From IMG/VR virus record IMGVR_UViG_3300043414_000895, positions 1 through 47,787 of that record: a stretch of 47,787 bases of DNA. The stretch is one strand, 5' to 3'. Shown here piece after piece: positions 26,640-35,944 of the stretch (its first letter is position 1; every line of letters begins with the position of its first letter). The DNA is from a virus (taxonomy: Duplodnaviria; Caudoviricetes). Under the pieces are notes generated by a model. The model saw only the letters and a program-made list of their open reading frames with translations, was not told the DNA's origin and made no database searches. A program made the position numbers and the translations under genes.

Positions 26640-27058
26640 CCGCCACCCTGCAACGCCTGCCTGACTGGCCCGAGCGGCTGGCCGACTACCTGGCGGCCAT
26701 GCGTCAGGTGCCCTACAGCCTGGGCGGCAATGACTGCGCGCGGTTTGCATCTGGCGCCGTGCAGGCAATGACCGGGCGCGATGTCTTGCCGCAGCAGTGG
26801 GGCAGCGCTGAACAGGCGGCCGATCTGCTGCGCCGCAGCCGTGGGCTGGCCGCTGCCGTGAATCGAGTGCTTCCCACGCTGGCAACACCGGCGCTGGCTC
26901 AGCGGGGCGATGTGCTGATGGTCGAGCTGGCGGTGCACGGTGGCCGCGCCAGGCGCTACGGCCTGGCCATTGCCGATGGTCTGCGCTGGTGGATGCCGGG
27001 GCCGGCCGGCCTGGGCAACGGCCCGATGCATCTGGCGCGATGCGCCTGGAGGGTTTGA
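26636..27058 (+). CDS. NlpC/P60-like tail assembly protein
   Basis: R.PDW.ERL, G.NDC..F...AV.AMTG.D and A.RGD motifs. Confidence 0.75.
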   Translation: MTATLQRLPDWPERLADYLAAMRQVPYSLGGNDCARFASGAVQAMTGRDVLPQQWGSAEQAADLLRRSRGLAAAVNRVLPTLATPALAQRGDVLMVELAVHGGRARRYGLAIADGLRWWMPGPAGLGNGPMHLARCAWRV

Positions 27059-27061
27059 ACG

Positions 27062-30000
27062 GTGCCCACCATTCTGGCGGCTGAACTGGTGCTGATCGGC
27101 CTGGGCCTGGAGTCTGCCGTTGGCGCCTTCCTGGTCACAAACGCCACACTCATTGCCAACGTGGCCGTGTTCTCGGCCACCGTGGCCGGCAGCGCATCCA
27201 TGCAGCGCCGCGCCAAGGCCAAGGCGAGGGCGGCCTATAACGCATCGCTCAAAGACCGCGAAATCACCTTCCGCAGCGCCGTGGCGCCGCGCCGTGTGAT
27301 CTACGGCCGCGACCGCGTGGGCGGCGTGCTGGTGTTCGCGCAGTCCACCGGCACCAAGAAGGAGTTCCTGCACGCCGTCATCGCCCTGGCCGCGCATGAA
27401 TGCGACGCCATCGAAGAGGTCTGGTTTGGCGACGAGCTGCTGCCCACGCCTGACGCCAGCGGCTGGATCACATCGGGCGCGTTCGGCACCGACATCGTGA
27501 ATCGGGCCACTCACTACGCCACGGTGTCTGGCGGCGGCACCATCACGCTGCCGCAGGCGGCTAGCAAGGTGACCGACATCAGCCGGGCTGCCAGCGAAAG
27601 TGTGGACGGCGCTAGTTACGGCGGCACGCACACGCCGGGGTCGGTCACCATCTCGGGCCTGCCCGCTGGCGAATCGCTGACGGTCGGCTATGAATACGGC
27701 ACCCCCGCGCAAAAAGTGCGCATCCGCAAGTTCCTGGGCGCGGCCGGCCAGACGGCCGACGCCGACCTGGTGGCCGCCAGCGGCGGAAAGTGGACCACGG
27801 CGCACAAGGGCACCGGCATCTGCTACCTGTACGTGATGCTGAAGTTCGACCCGGAGATGTTCGCCAACTTCGACCTGTCGCGCATCATGTGCACGGTGCG
27901 CGGCAAGAAGGTGGCCGACCCGCGCACCGGCACCACCGTCTGGACCGACAACGCCGCGCTGATCACAGCCGACTGGCTGAAGGACACCACCTATGGCATG
28001 CGCGCCAGTGCGGGCGAGGTGCCATCGGCCGAGGTGATTGCCGCGGCCAACATCTGCGACGAGACCGTGACGCTGAATGTGGGCGGTACAACACAGAAGC
28101 GCTACATCTACAACGGCAGCTTCGGCGCCGACCAGGCCCCGCGTGATGTGCTGGAGGATCTGCTCAGCAGCATGGCTGGGCACTGCGTGTGGACGCAGGG
28201 CCGCTGGCTGCTGCGCCCAGGCGCCTATCGCACGCCCGGCGCTGGCGCCGAGATCACCGAGGACCACCTGGCCGATGGCGGCGTGACCGTCACGCCCAAG
28301 GTGAGCCGCAGCGCGCTGTTCAATGCGGTACGTGTCACGTACCGCGACCCCAGCCAGGGCTGGGCACAGGTGCAGGCGCCGCTGGTGACAAACGCCACCT
28401 ACGTGACGCAGGACGGCGGCGTGCAGGTGGTGCGCGACATCACCATGCCCGGCGCCATGGACGCCCTGCGCGCCCAGCGCCTGGGCAAGATCGAGCTGGA
28501 GCGGGGCCGCCAGGCGGTGACGGTGCAGGCCACCACCAACCTGCGCGCCTACGACTACGCCCCCACCGACACCACCCTGCTGATCCTGCCGCGCTACGGC
28601 TGGGGCAGCGGCAAGGTGTTCGAGGTGATCGACCGCACCTGGTCGCCCGAGGGCACGCTGCGCTACACCTGGCGCGAGACCGCATCGGCGGTGTACGCCT
28701 GGAACTACGGCGAGGCCACCGCGGTGGACCCGGCGCCCGACACGGACCTGCCGAGCCCCTACACCCGGCCCGCGGCGCTGGCCGCGCCTGCGCTGGCAAC
28801 CGGCACCGCGCAGCTGTGGCGGCAGGATGACGGCACCATCATCAGCCGCGCCTATGCAAGCTGGGCGGCCAGCGTTGACCAGTTCGTCATCGAAGCCGGC
28901 CGCATCGAGCTGGAGTGGTCCATTGGCGGCGCAGAGGACTGGCAAAGCCTGGCCGCCATGCCCGGCTCGGCAACCGAGACATGGATTGCCCCGGTGCCCG
29001 ATGGCCAGGTGCTGGTGGTGCGCATCCGTCAAGTCAACCCGCTGGGCGTGCGCAGCAACTGGTCCTATGCCAGCGTGGTGGTGGTGGGCAAGACAGCCGC
29101 ACCGGCCAATGTGGCGGGGTTTGCGGCCACCGTCAGCAAGGGGCGGGTGCGCTGGGCCTGGACGGCATCGACCGAGGCCGATTACCAGCGCACTGAGATC
29201 CGCAGCACCGACAGCGGCTGGGGCGGCAGCGGTGCGCTGTGGTCAGGCCGGGTGTCCGAATGGCCCGAGACGGTGACGGCCACCGGCACACTGACGCGCT
29301 ATGTGCGCCACGTCGACACCAGTGGCAACCGGTCAGCAGCCACCGTGTCGGCCAGCATCACCATCACCGCACCCGACCTGGTGCAAGACGGCGCTAACGC
29401 TGTGGTGGCCGTGCTGACGAATGAGGCGCACACGGTGCAGACGGCGGCCGATGGTAGCGGCGGCAGCCTGGTCGGGGCTGGCGGCACGTTTATGGTTTTT
29501 GACGGTCTGACCGATGTGACCGGCACGGCCGGTGTGACGTACTACATCGACGGAATCAGCGGTGGCCTGTCGGTCAGCATTGCGTCGACAGGCGTGTACA
29601 CGGTCACTTCATTCACGGCTGACAGCGGCTATTGCGACCTGCGCGCAGACTATGGCGATGTGTTCCTGCTGAAGCGCTACAGCATTGCCAAGAGCAAAAC
29701 CGGGGCGGCCGGCGCATCAGCCAAGGCACTGTTTCTCACGGCCACGTCGCAAGTTTTCCAGGTGCCGTATGTTGGCGCGGCCACGCCCAGCAGCATCACA
29801 TTCACCGCCGCGGGGCAGAACCTGGGCGGCAGCCCCGCCATCAGCGTGATCAGCGGCACCGCAACGCTGGGCGGGTCGGGCGGGCTGCGCACGCTGGCCT
29901 ACAGCGACATGGGCACCGACGCGGTGACCGTGCAAGTGGCCCAGGACGGGCTGACCGACATCATCACCGTGGTGAAGGTGCGCGAGGGCGCACCAGGCGG

Positions 30001-31714
30001 CCCGGGCGGCCCCGGTGTCAACGCAGTGGTCGGCATCCTGTCCAACGAAGCCCACACCGTGCAAACGGCCGCCGATGGCAGCGGCGGCAGCTACGGCGCG
30101 GCGGGCGGCATCTTCATGGTCTTTGATGGGTTGACCGACAAGACCGGCACAGTAGCGGTGACCTACAGCGTGGCCAGCAGCTCGGGCGTGAGCATCAGCA
30201 TTGCATCGTCCGGCATCTACACCGTCACCGACACCAGCGCCGACACCGCAACCGCCACGCTGCGCGCGGCATACGCCAGCGTGACCATCGACAAGGTGTA
30301 CAGCATCAGCCGCAGCAAGGCGGGGTCTGCCGGCTCCAACGGCTCCAACGGCTCCAACGGCACAAATGGCACCAACGGGACGAATGGCGCCGATGGGCTC
30401 AGCACGGCCCTGGTGTACATCTACCAGCGCGCCACCTCGGCCCCAGCAGTGCCCAGCGCCACCGCGACCTTCACGTTTTCCGGCGCGGCCATCACCGGGT
30501 TGAACAACGGCTGGCAGGCAACCCCTCCAGGAGGGGCTGACCCGCTGTATGTGTCGGTGGCGACGGCCAGCAGCAGCGGCGCCACCGACAGCATCACCAG
30601 CGGCGAATGGGCAAGCCCGGTGGTGCTGGCGGCCAACGGCGCGAACGGCTCAAACGGGTCCAACGGTAGCAATGGCAGCAGCGGTGTTGACGGACTGAAT
30701 GCCGCCACGGTGTACCTGTTCCAACGCACCGGCAGCAGCACGCCGCCTGCGTTGCCATCGGCCACGGCGACATACACGTTTACAACCGGCATTGCATCGG
30801 GCGTCGACAACGGCTGGACGCAGACACTACCGACCACTGGCGGGGCCTATCGGTGGGTGACCACGGCATCTGCGCTGAGCAGCTCAGCCACCGACACGCT
30901 GGGCACCGGTGAGTGGGCCGCGGCCAGCCTGCTGGCGCAAGACGGCGCCAACGGCACCAATGGCACCAATGGCACCAACGGTGCGGCCGGCACCCCTGCA
31001 GTCAGCAGCAGCCTGACGCGCCTGGTGGCCAACTTCACCGCCGATTCCACCGGGCTAATCGACTCCAGCCAGTCATTTGCCACGACCATGCAAGTGCTTA
31101 TCGGCGCGACCGACGACACCGGCAGCTGGTCGATCAGCCGCGCCAGCAGCGACGGCAGCATCGCCACGTCGATCAGCGGCGCCACGGTCACCATCACCGA
31201 CATCGGCACCGGCCTGGAGACCGGCACCGTCACGGTCACGGCCACGCGCAGCGGCTACCCGACGCAGAACATCGTGGTGCAGGTGGGCAAGATCAAGCGC
31301 GCCGTGCCAAGTGCCTACCCGGTTTCGTTTGCGGCGGACGTGACCAACGGCATCACCATCAATACCACGGCGAATGCCTACGTGCGGCTCAAAACCGACG
31401 GCACCGTCGAAACTTCGTTGGACAACAGCAGCTGGACGGCGGCGGGCAACTGGTACTCGCCAACGACCAGTGGCATCGGCAGCAGCTACCGCGTCTCCAA
31501 CACCGTGGTGGGCGATGCGCTGCTGGCGGGCAACTCAGCCAGCTACCAGTCGCTGTCGACCGAGAAGAAATACCAGCTGAGTCAATCGCCGGGCGGGCCT
31601 AGCACTTATCTAGAAAAGCGGGCGCAACTGACCATCCGCATCGCTGCCAGCGGCAATGACGCCCCGCTGGCCGTCGGCTACGCCGCGATGTACGTCTACG
31701 TGGACCGGACATGA
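27062..31714 (+). CDS. Central tail fibre / host-specificity protein (gpJ-like) with duplicated domains and collagen-like spacers
   Basis: R.VIYGR.RVGG, VRGKKV.DPR and FN3-like domains, then repeated modules and G-X-N triplets. Confidence 0.9.
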   Translation: MPTILAAELVLIGLGLESAVGAFLVTNATLIANVAVFSATVAGSASMQRRAKAKARAAYNASLKDREITFRSAVAPRRVIYGRDRVGGVLVFAQSTGTKKEFLHAVIALAAHECDAIEEVWFGDELLPTPDASGWITSGAFGTDIVNRATHYATVSGGGTITLPQAASKVTDISRAASESVDGASYGGTHTPGSVTISGLPAGESLTVGYEYGTPAQKVRIRKFLGAAGQTADADLVAASGGKWTTAHKGTGICYLYVMLKFDPEMFANFDLSRIMCTVRGKKVADPRTGTTVWTDNAALITADWLKDTTYGMRASAGEVPSAEVIAAANICDETVTLNVGGTTQKRYIYNGSFGADQAPRDVLEDLLSSMAGHCVWTQGRWLLRPGAYRTPGAGAEITEDHLADGGVTVTPKVSRSALFNAVRVTYRDPSQGWAQVQAPLVTNATYVTQDGGVQVVRDITMPGAMDALRAQRLGKIELERGRQAVTVQATTNLRAYDYAPTDTTLLILPRYGWGSGKVFEVIDRTWSPEGTLRYTWRETASAVYAWNYGEATAVDPAPDTDLPSPYTRPAALAAPALATGTAQLWRQDDGTIISRAYASWAASVDQFVIEAGRIELEWSIGGAEDWQSLAAMPGSATETWIAPVPDGQVLVVRIRQVNPLGVRSNWSYASVVVVGKTAAPANVAGFAATVSKGRVRWAWTASTEADYQRTEIRSTDSGWGGSGALWSGRVSEWPETVTATGTLTRYVRHVDTSGNRSAATVSASITITAPDLVQDGANAVVAVLTNEAHTVQTAADGSGGSLVGAGGTFMVFDGLTDVTGTAGVTYYIDGISGGLSVSIASTGVYTVTSFTADSGYCDLRADYGDVFLLKRYSIAKSKTGAAGASAKALFLTATSQVFQVPYVGAATPSSITFTAAGQNLGGSPAISVISGTATLGGSGGLRTLAYSDMGTDAVTVQVAQDGLTDIITVVKVREGAPGGPGGPGVNAVVGILSNEAHTVQTAADGSGGSYGAAGGIFMVFDGLTDKTGTVAVTYSVASSSGVSISIASSGIYTVTDTSADTATATLRAAYASVTIDKVYSISRSKAGSAGSNGSNGSNGTNGTNGTNGADGLSTALVYIYQRATSAPAVPSATATFTFSGAAITGLNNGWQATPPGGADPLYVSVATASSSGATDSITSGEWASPVVLAANGANGSNGSNGSNGSSGVDGLNAATVYLFQRTGSSTPPALPSATATYTFTTGIASGVDNGWTQTLPTTGGAYRWVTTASALSSSATDTLGTGEWAAASLLAQDGANGTNGTNGTNGAAGTPAVSSSLTRLVANFTADSTGLIDSSQSFATTMQVLIGATDDTGSWSISRASSDGSIATSISGATVTITDIGTGLETGTVTVTATRSGYPTQNIVVQVGKIKRAVPSAYPVSFAADVTNGITINTTANAYVRLKTDGTVETSLDNSSWTAAGNWYSPTTSGIGSSYRVSNTVVGDALLAGNSASYQSLSTEKKYQLSQSPGGPSTYLEKRAQLTIRIAASGNDAPLAVGYAAMYVYVDRT

Positions 31715-32109
31715 GCAACCGCAGCATCGGCGCGCAGCGGGCGCTTGCCGCTCGGGCCATAGACGGCGCAGCCGGCGAGGCCCGCGGGCGGCACCAGACG
31801 CTGGCCGTCGGCCAGGCGGTTGTGTACGCCGTCAAGTTTGCCCAGGCGCGGGCCTACATCAGCGCCCACGCTGCCGATGCCGACTCTCCGGTGCCGGCTT
31901 ATGTGGCCGCCGAAGCGGCGGCCGTGGGCGGCACGGCCCTGGCCGCTGCCGAGGCCATCGTGGCGGTTGCCGACGCCTTCCACGCCGGCGCCGGCCCGGC
32001 CATCGAGCAGGCCCGCCGCGTCGGCAAGCTGGCCGTGCAGGCCGCGGGGGATGCTGACCAGATCCAATCTGCTCTGGCGGCCGCATTGGCCGCCCTGCAA
32101 TCCATTTGA
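31711..32109 (+). CDS. Tail fibre assembly-like protein
   Basis: ID.AAG.AR.R...GQ..VY..K..QA pattern; follows the fibre gene. Confidence 0.6.
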   Translation: MSNRSIGAQRALAARAIDGAAGEARGRHQTLAVGQAVVYAVKFAQARAYISAHAADADSPVPAYVAAEAAAVGGTALAAAEAIVAVADAFHAGAGPAIEQARRVGKLAVQAAGDADQIQSALAAALAALQSI

Positions 32110-32471
32110 GCGCCAACATGCTGCAACAAGACCAGCCACACACCCGCGACAGGGCCGACGACTACCTGGCCAGCCAAATCGGACGCATTGACGGTGAGAT
32201 CGAAGCCATGAAACGCGCCAACGAGGCGGCGATTGCGTCAGCCGTCGAGCTGGGCATCACCCGCGCCGTGAGCAATCCGGCGCTGTGGGAGGCGGCAGGG
32301 GTCGCCATGCGCCAGCAGGCGCAAAGTGCGGCCGGCGGCTGGCTGCTGGGCGGCATCAAAGCGGCGGCCACGCGCGTGGCCTGGGTGGTTGCGATCATCG
32401 CCGGGGTCTACATCCTGGGCGGCTGGGGCGCCGTGCTGGCGCTGGTCAAAGGACAGGCGGCCACATCATGA
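32106..32471 (+). CDS. Membrane protein, holin/antiholin candidate
   Basis: C-terminal hydrophobic helix; lysis-cassette position. Confidence 0.5.
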   Translation: MSANMLQQDQPHTRDRADDYLASQIGRIDGEIEAMKRANEAAIASAVELGITRAVSNPALWEAAGVAMRQQAQSAAGGWLLGGIKAAATRVAWVVAIIAGVYILGGWGAVLALVKGQAATS

Positions 32472-32683
32472 GGCTGATCCCCAACGCCGGCCGCGCCTGG
32501 CGCATGTTGTCGGTGCAGATCGCCACCGTGGCCGTGGTGTACGGCGCGCTGCCCGCAGACCAACAGGCGGCCGTGCTGGCGCTGCTGGGCATTGGCCCCG
32601 AGCGCATCCCCGGCGTGATCGGGCTGGGCGTCATCCTGGCGCGGCTGATCGACCAACCCAAGACCCGAGACGACACACCATGA
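32468..32683 (+). CDS. Putative holin
   Basis: MRLIPN..RAWRMLSVQ...ARLIDQP, two hydrophobic segments, 71 aa. Confidence 0.7.
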   Translation: MRLIPNAGRAWRMLSVQIATVAVVYGALPADQQAAVLALLGIGPERIPGVIGLGVILARLIDQPKTRDDTP

Positions 32684-32895
32684 AGCAAGCCCCCGCACTG
32701 GTTCAAGTTCAACCAACGTGCGGGGACTGTCGATGCTTCCGCCGCGCAGAGGGCGAGGACTGGGGCAACTGCAAGGCCGGGCCAGCCCTGGCGCAAATGC
32801 TCATCGACGCAAACGGTGACCCATACCAGGTCACGTTCTGGCCACAGCTCGACACAACCGAGCCGGCCTGCGATCAATTCAAGGCGGGCCAATGA
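32680..32895 (+). CDS. Small Cys-rich protein
   Basis: CGDCRCF...G.C...P ... WP...C..F; coupled to neighbours at both ends. Confidence 0.65.
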   Translation: MKQAPALVQVQPTCGDCRCFRRAEGEDWGNCKAGPALAQMLIDANGDPYQVTFWPQLDTTEPACDQFKAGQ

Positions 32896-34055
32896 TTGAT
32901 CCAAAGCTCTACCAGTTCGCCACGGTGCGCCAGCTTGAAAAGTTGGAGGCCATCGAAAAGCACGGCAGCGCACGCAAGGCAGCGAAGGCAATGGGGGTGC
33001 ACCGCAACGCCATTGACTGCGCGGTGGCGGCGGTCAGGTCCAAGGCCGCCATGGCGGGCTACTCCCCAGACCACGACCTGACGCGTCCGGTTGCGCCGGG
33101 CCAAAAGCTGCGCGGCGCTTCGACGCTTTACCGCAGGGGCGAGCCCGAGCCTGTTCTGCAGTGGGTGAAGTCCTCGGCCGATGACGCCCAGCGCGAGCAG
33201 ATCATCCGCGACATCATCGCCAGCCTCATGGACGATGTGCCGCGCAAAGAGCCGGTGCTGTTTGACGGCCCTACAGAGGCCAGCCTGTGCAACGTCTACA
33301 CGCTGACCGATTCGCACGTAGGCGCCTTGTGCTGGCACCGTGAGGGTGGTGCCGATTGGGATCTGAAGATCGCAGAGGCCACGCTGGTCGGTTGTTTCGA
33401 GCGGATGATCCAGGCATCGCCTGCAGCAGATCTATGCGTGGTAGCGCAGCTGGGCGATTTTCTGCACCAGGATTCCATGCTGCCGGTGACGCCCACCAGC
33501 GGGCATGTGCTGGACGCAGACGGACGATTCAGCAAGGTGGTGGCGGTCGCCATTCGCGTACTGCGAACGGTGGTGAACCTGGCGCTGGCCAAGCACCGGC
33601 GCGTGGTGGTGCTGATGGCCGAGGGCAACCACGACACCGCATCGTCGGTGTGGCTGCGCGCGCTGTTTGGGGCGCTCTACGAGCGCGAGCCCCGCGTGCA
33701 GGTCATCGACTCGCCGCTGCCGTACTACGTGCACCAGCACGGCGCCACCATGATCGGCTGGCACCACGGCCACCTTCGCAAGCCGGCAGAACTGCCGTTG
33801 TTGTTCGCTGCGCAATTCCCGACAGTGTGGGGCAGCACGACGAAGCGCTACGTGCACTGCGGCCACCGGCACCACGTGGAAGAAAAGGAACACTCAGGCG
33901 TGCACGTGATCCAGCACCCAACCCTGGCCGCGCGTGATGCCTACGCAGCCCGGGGCGGGTGGATTGCTGACCGCACGGTGACTGCGGTGACCTACCACGA
34001 CCGATTCGGGCGCTATTCCACCGCGACGGTGTGCCCCGAGATGCTGGGCGCGTGA
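32892..34055 (+). CDS. HTH plus calcineurin-like metallophosphoesterase
   Basis: DSHVG, LGDFLH.D, GNHD, HHGH and GHRHH motifs; N-terminal HTH. Confidence 0.88.
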   Translation: MIDPKLYQFATVRQLEKLEAIEKHGSARKAAKAMGVHRNAIDCAVAAVRSKAAMAGYSPDHDLTRPVAPGQKLRGASTLYRRGEPEPVLQWVKSSADDAQREQIIRDIIASLMDDVPRKEPVLFDGPTEASLCNVYTLTDSHVGALCWHREGGADWDLKIAEATLVGCFERMIQASPAADLCVVAQLGDFLHQDSMLPVTPTSGHVLDADGRFSKVVAVAIRVLRTVVNLALAKHRRVVVLMAEGNHDTASSVWLRALFGALYEREPRVQVIDSPLPYYVHQHGATMIGWHHGHLRKPAELPLLFAAQFPTVWGSTTKRYVHCGHRHHVEEKEHSGVHVIQHPTLAARDAYAARGGWIADRTVTAVTYHDRFGRYSTATVCPEMLGA

Positions 34056-34285
34056 TGCTGCAGTCCGCCGCCCACGTTCCGCACATGCTGTGCGGCGACG
34101 TTGCCGGCCTGGACGGCACCCGCGCGGCGGTGGATCTGCCGGCCGATCTGCTGGACCGTTGCACCGTGTGGGTGATTGGGCCGGCGATGGCGGGCGTGCA
34201 TCTCGACCTGGCGGGCATCGAGGCGCTGCGGGGGCTGCTGGCTGATGCTGCTGGCAGGATGCGGGCGGCGCAGTTTTCGGCGTAA
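34055..34285 (+). CDS. Hypothetical protein
   Basis: TGATG coupling to the upstream gene. Confidence 0.5.
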   Translation: MLQSAAHVPHMLCGDVAGLDGTRAAVDLPADLLDRCTVWVIGPAMAGVHLDLAGIEALRGLLADAAGRMRAAQFSA

Positions 34286-34472
34286 CTTTCGCCACCGAAG
34301 CTCAATCTAGCCCGGTCAGACGCTGGGCCATCATGGGGGTGTGTTCCCTGCTAGGCGACCCGTTCACCTATGAGAACCCACGCTGAAGGTTACGCCAGGA
34401 CGCCCGACTGCACCCGGCTGCGCCCCGTTTGCTGGCGTAGCATTGGCGTAACTTCAGCAGACGGCGTAACTT
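34267..34472. other. attP: arm-type repeats flanking a putative core
   Basis: GGCGTAACTT at 34279, 34445 and 34463; variants at 34267, 34434 and inverted at 34387-34396; candidate core CCATCATGGGGG at 34328-34339. Confidence 0.75.
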
Positions 34473-34476
34473 TTCC

Positions 34477-35745
34477 ATGTTCGATGCTCGGGCGGCCAAA
34501 GCCTTGCCCCCTGGTGACCACCTCATTGTGCCGGGCGCGCCAGGGCTGCGCCTGGTGGCCACGGTATCGACGCGCACCTGGGTCTACAGGTACAAGTCAC
34601 CGACCGACGGCAAGATGCGCCAGGTGCGGCTTGGGCACTGGCCGGCGCTGGGCCTGCCGGGCGCGCTGGCCGCGTGGGAAAAGCTACGCCAGGCGCGCGA
34701 GGCCGGCGCCGACCCGGCGGCCGACAAGCGCCAGCAGCGCACCGAGGCCGCTGCCCAGGCGCAGGCCGAGGCGTACACCGTGCGCCGGGCCTGCGACCAC
34801 TGGCTGGCAGGCTACCAGGGCACGGTGGCGCCCAAAACCTACAACGAGGCCGAGCGCCTGGTGCGCGTCGAGCTTGGCGACCTGGCCGACAAGCCCGCGG
34901 CCGAGGTCACGCGCGGAGATGCGTTCAGCCTGATCGACGGCAAGCGGCACAAGCCGGTGGTGGCCGGCGCGCTGCGTCAGATCCTGGGGGCCGCGTGGGA
35001 TCGCGCGCTGGATGCCGGCGAACTACCCGACAGTGCGCCGAACTGGTGGAGGTTGATCCTGCGCGGCAAGCTGCCCAGCAAGGGCAAGGTGGTCGAGGGC
35101 AAGAACATCGGCGCCGTCAAGCGCGTGCTGTCCGATGCCGAGGTGGGCCAGTTGCTGCGCTGGATGCCGAACCACAGCCGCGACATGGCCGACCTGCTGA
35201 CTCTGTACTTGTGGACCTGCTGCCGCGGCGCCGAACTGGTGGCCATGGAGCGGGCCGAGATCACAGCGGAGCCAGATGGTCTGTGGTGGACGGTGCCGCG
35301 GGCCAAGCTCAAGATGCGGCGCAACCCGTTGACGGTGGATCTGCGCGTGCCGCTGGTGGGCCGGGCCGAGGCCATCGTGCGCCGCCGGCTGGATGCTGCG
35401 CCAGGCGTGTGGCTGTTCGCATCGCGCGGCAAGTCGGGGCACATCGAGCAGAAGGCCATCGGCGTTGCGGTGTGGTCGCACACCCCGCGGTGTGAATCAC
35501 ATGCCGACTGGATTAGGCCGCGCCTGGCAATGGCTGAATGGGCGCCGCACGATCTGCGGCGCACTGGGCGCACGATGCTGGCCGCGCTGGGATGCCCGGC
35601 CGAGGTGGCCGAGGCCATCCTGGGGCACATGCAGCCTGGCATCGTGAGCGTCTACGACCGACACCAGTACAACGCCGAGCGGCGGGTGTGGATCACGCGC
35701 TTGGCGCAGCGGCTGGAGCAGCTTGCCGCCCAGGCCCCGGCCTGA
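34477..35745 (+). CDS. int: Tyrosine integrase with arm-binding domain (P4-like)
   Basis: GLRL...W.YRY arm domain; catalytic R (TCCRGAE), HDLRRT, LGH and VY. Confidence 0.96.
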   Translation: MFDARAAKALPPGDHLIVPGAPGLRLVATVSTRTWVYRYKSPTDGKMRQVRLGHWPALGLPGALAAWEKLRQAREAGADPAADKRQQRTEAAAQAQAEAYTVRRACDHWLAGYQGTVAPKTYNEAERLVRVELGDLADKPAAEVTRGDAFSLIDGKRHKPVVAGALRQILGAAWDRALDAGELPDSAPNWWRLILRGKLPSKGKVVEGKNIGAVKRVLSDAEVGQLLRWMPNHSRDMADLLTLYLWTCCRGAELVAMERAEITAEPDGLWWTVPRAKLKMRRNPLTVDLRVPLVGRAEAIVRRRLDAAPGVWLFASRGKSGHIEQKAIGVAVWSHTPRCESHADWIRPRLAMAEWAPHDLRRTGRTMLAALGCPAEVAEAILGHMQPGIVSVYDRHQYNAERRVWITRLAQRLEQLAAQAPA

Positions 35746-35944
35746 TCGTTGAAACCGGCAGCGCCCGCAGGTGCGCGTCCAGTTCCTCGCGCAGCCACAC
35801 CACGCGCCGGGCGCCGATCTGGCGCGGCTGCGGGAATAGCCCGGCCTGCGCCTGCGATTCCATCGTGGTCACGCTCAGCCCGACATAGGCGGCGGCGGTT
35901 TCGCGGTCCAGTGCGGCAGGCTGGATGATGATGGTGGGGATCAC
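35693..35944 (-). CDS. AlpA-family excisionase
   Basis: AAAYVGLS...G.FPQPRQIG.RRV.W; convergent with int. Confidence 0.85.
   Translation of the reverse strand: MIPTIIIQPAALDRETAAAYVGLSVTTMESQAQAGLFPQPRQIGARRVVWLREELDAHLRALPVSTIRPGPGRQAAPAAAPSA

Noticed and set aside
27062-31714. Diversity-generating retroelement or shufflon acting on the tail fibre
   Set aside because: No reverse transcriptase or invertase; the duplicated domains differ at all base types, not only adenines.
34290-34400. tRNA fragment as att core
   Set aside because: No T-loop GTTCRA or cloverleaf visible.
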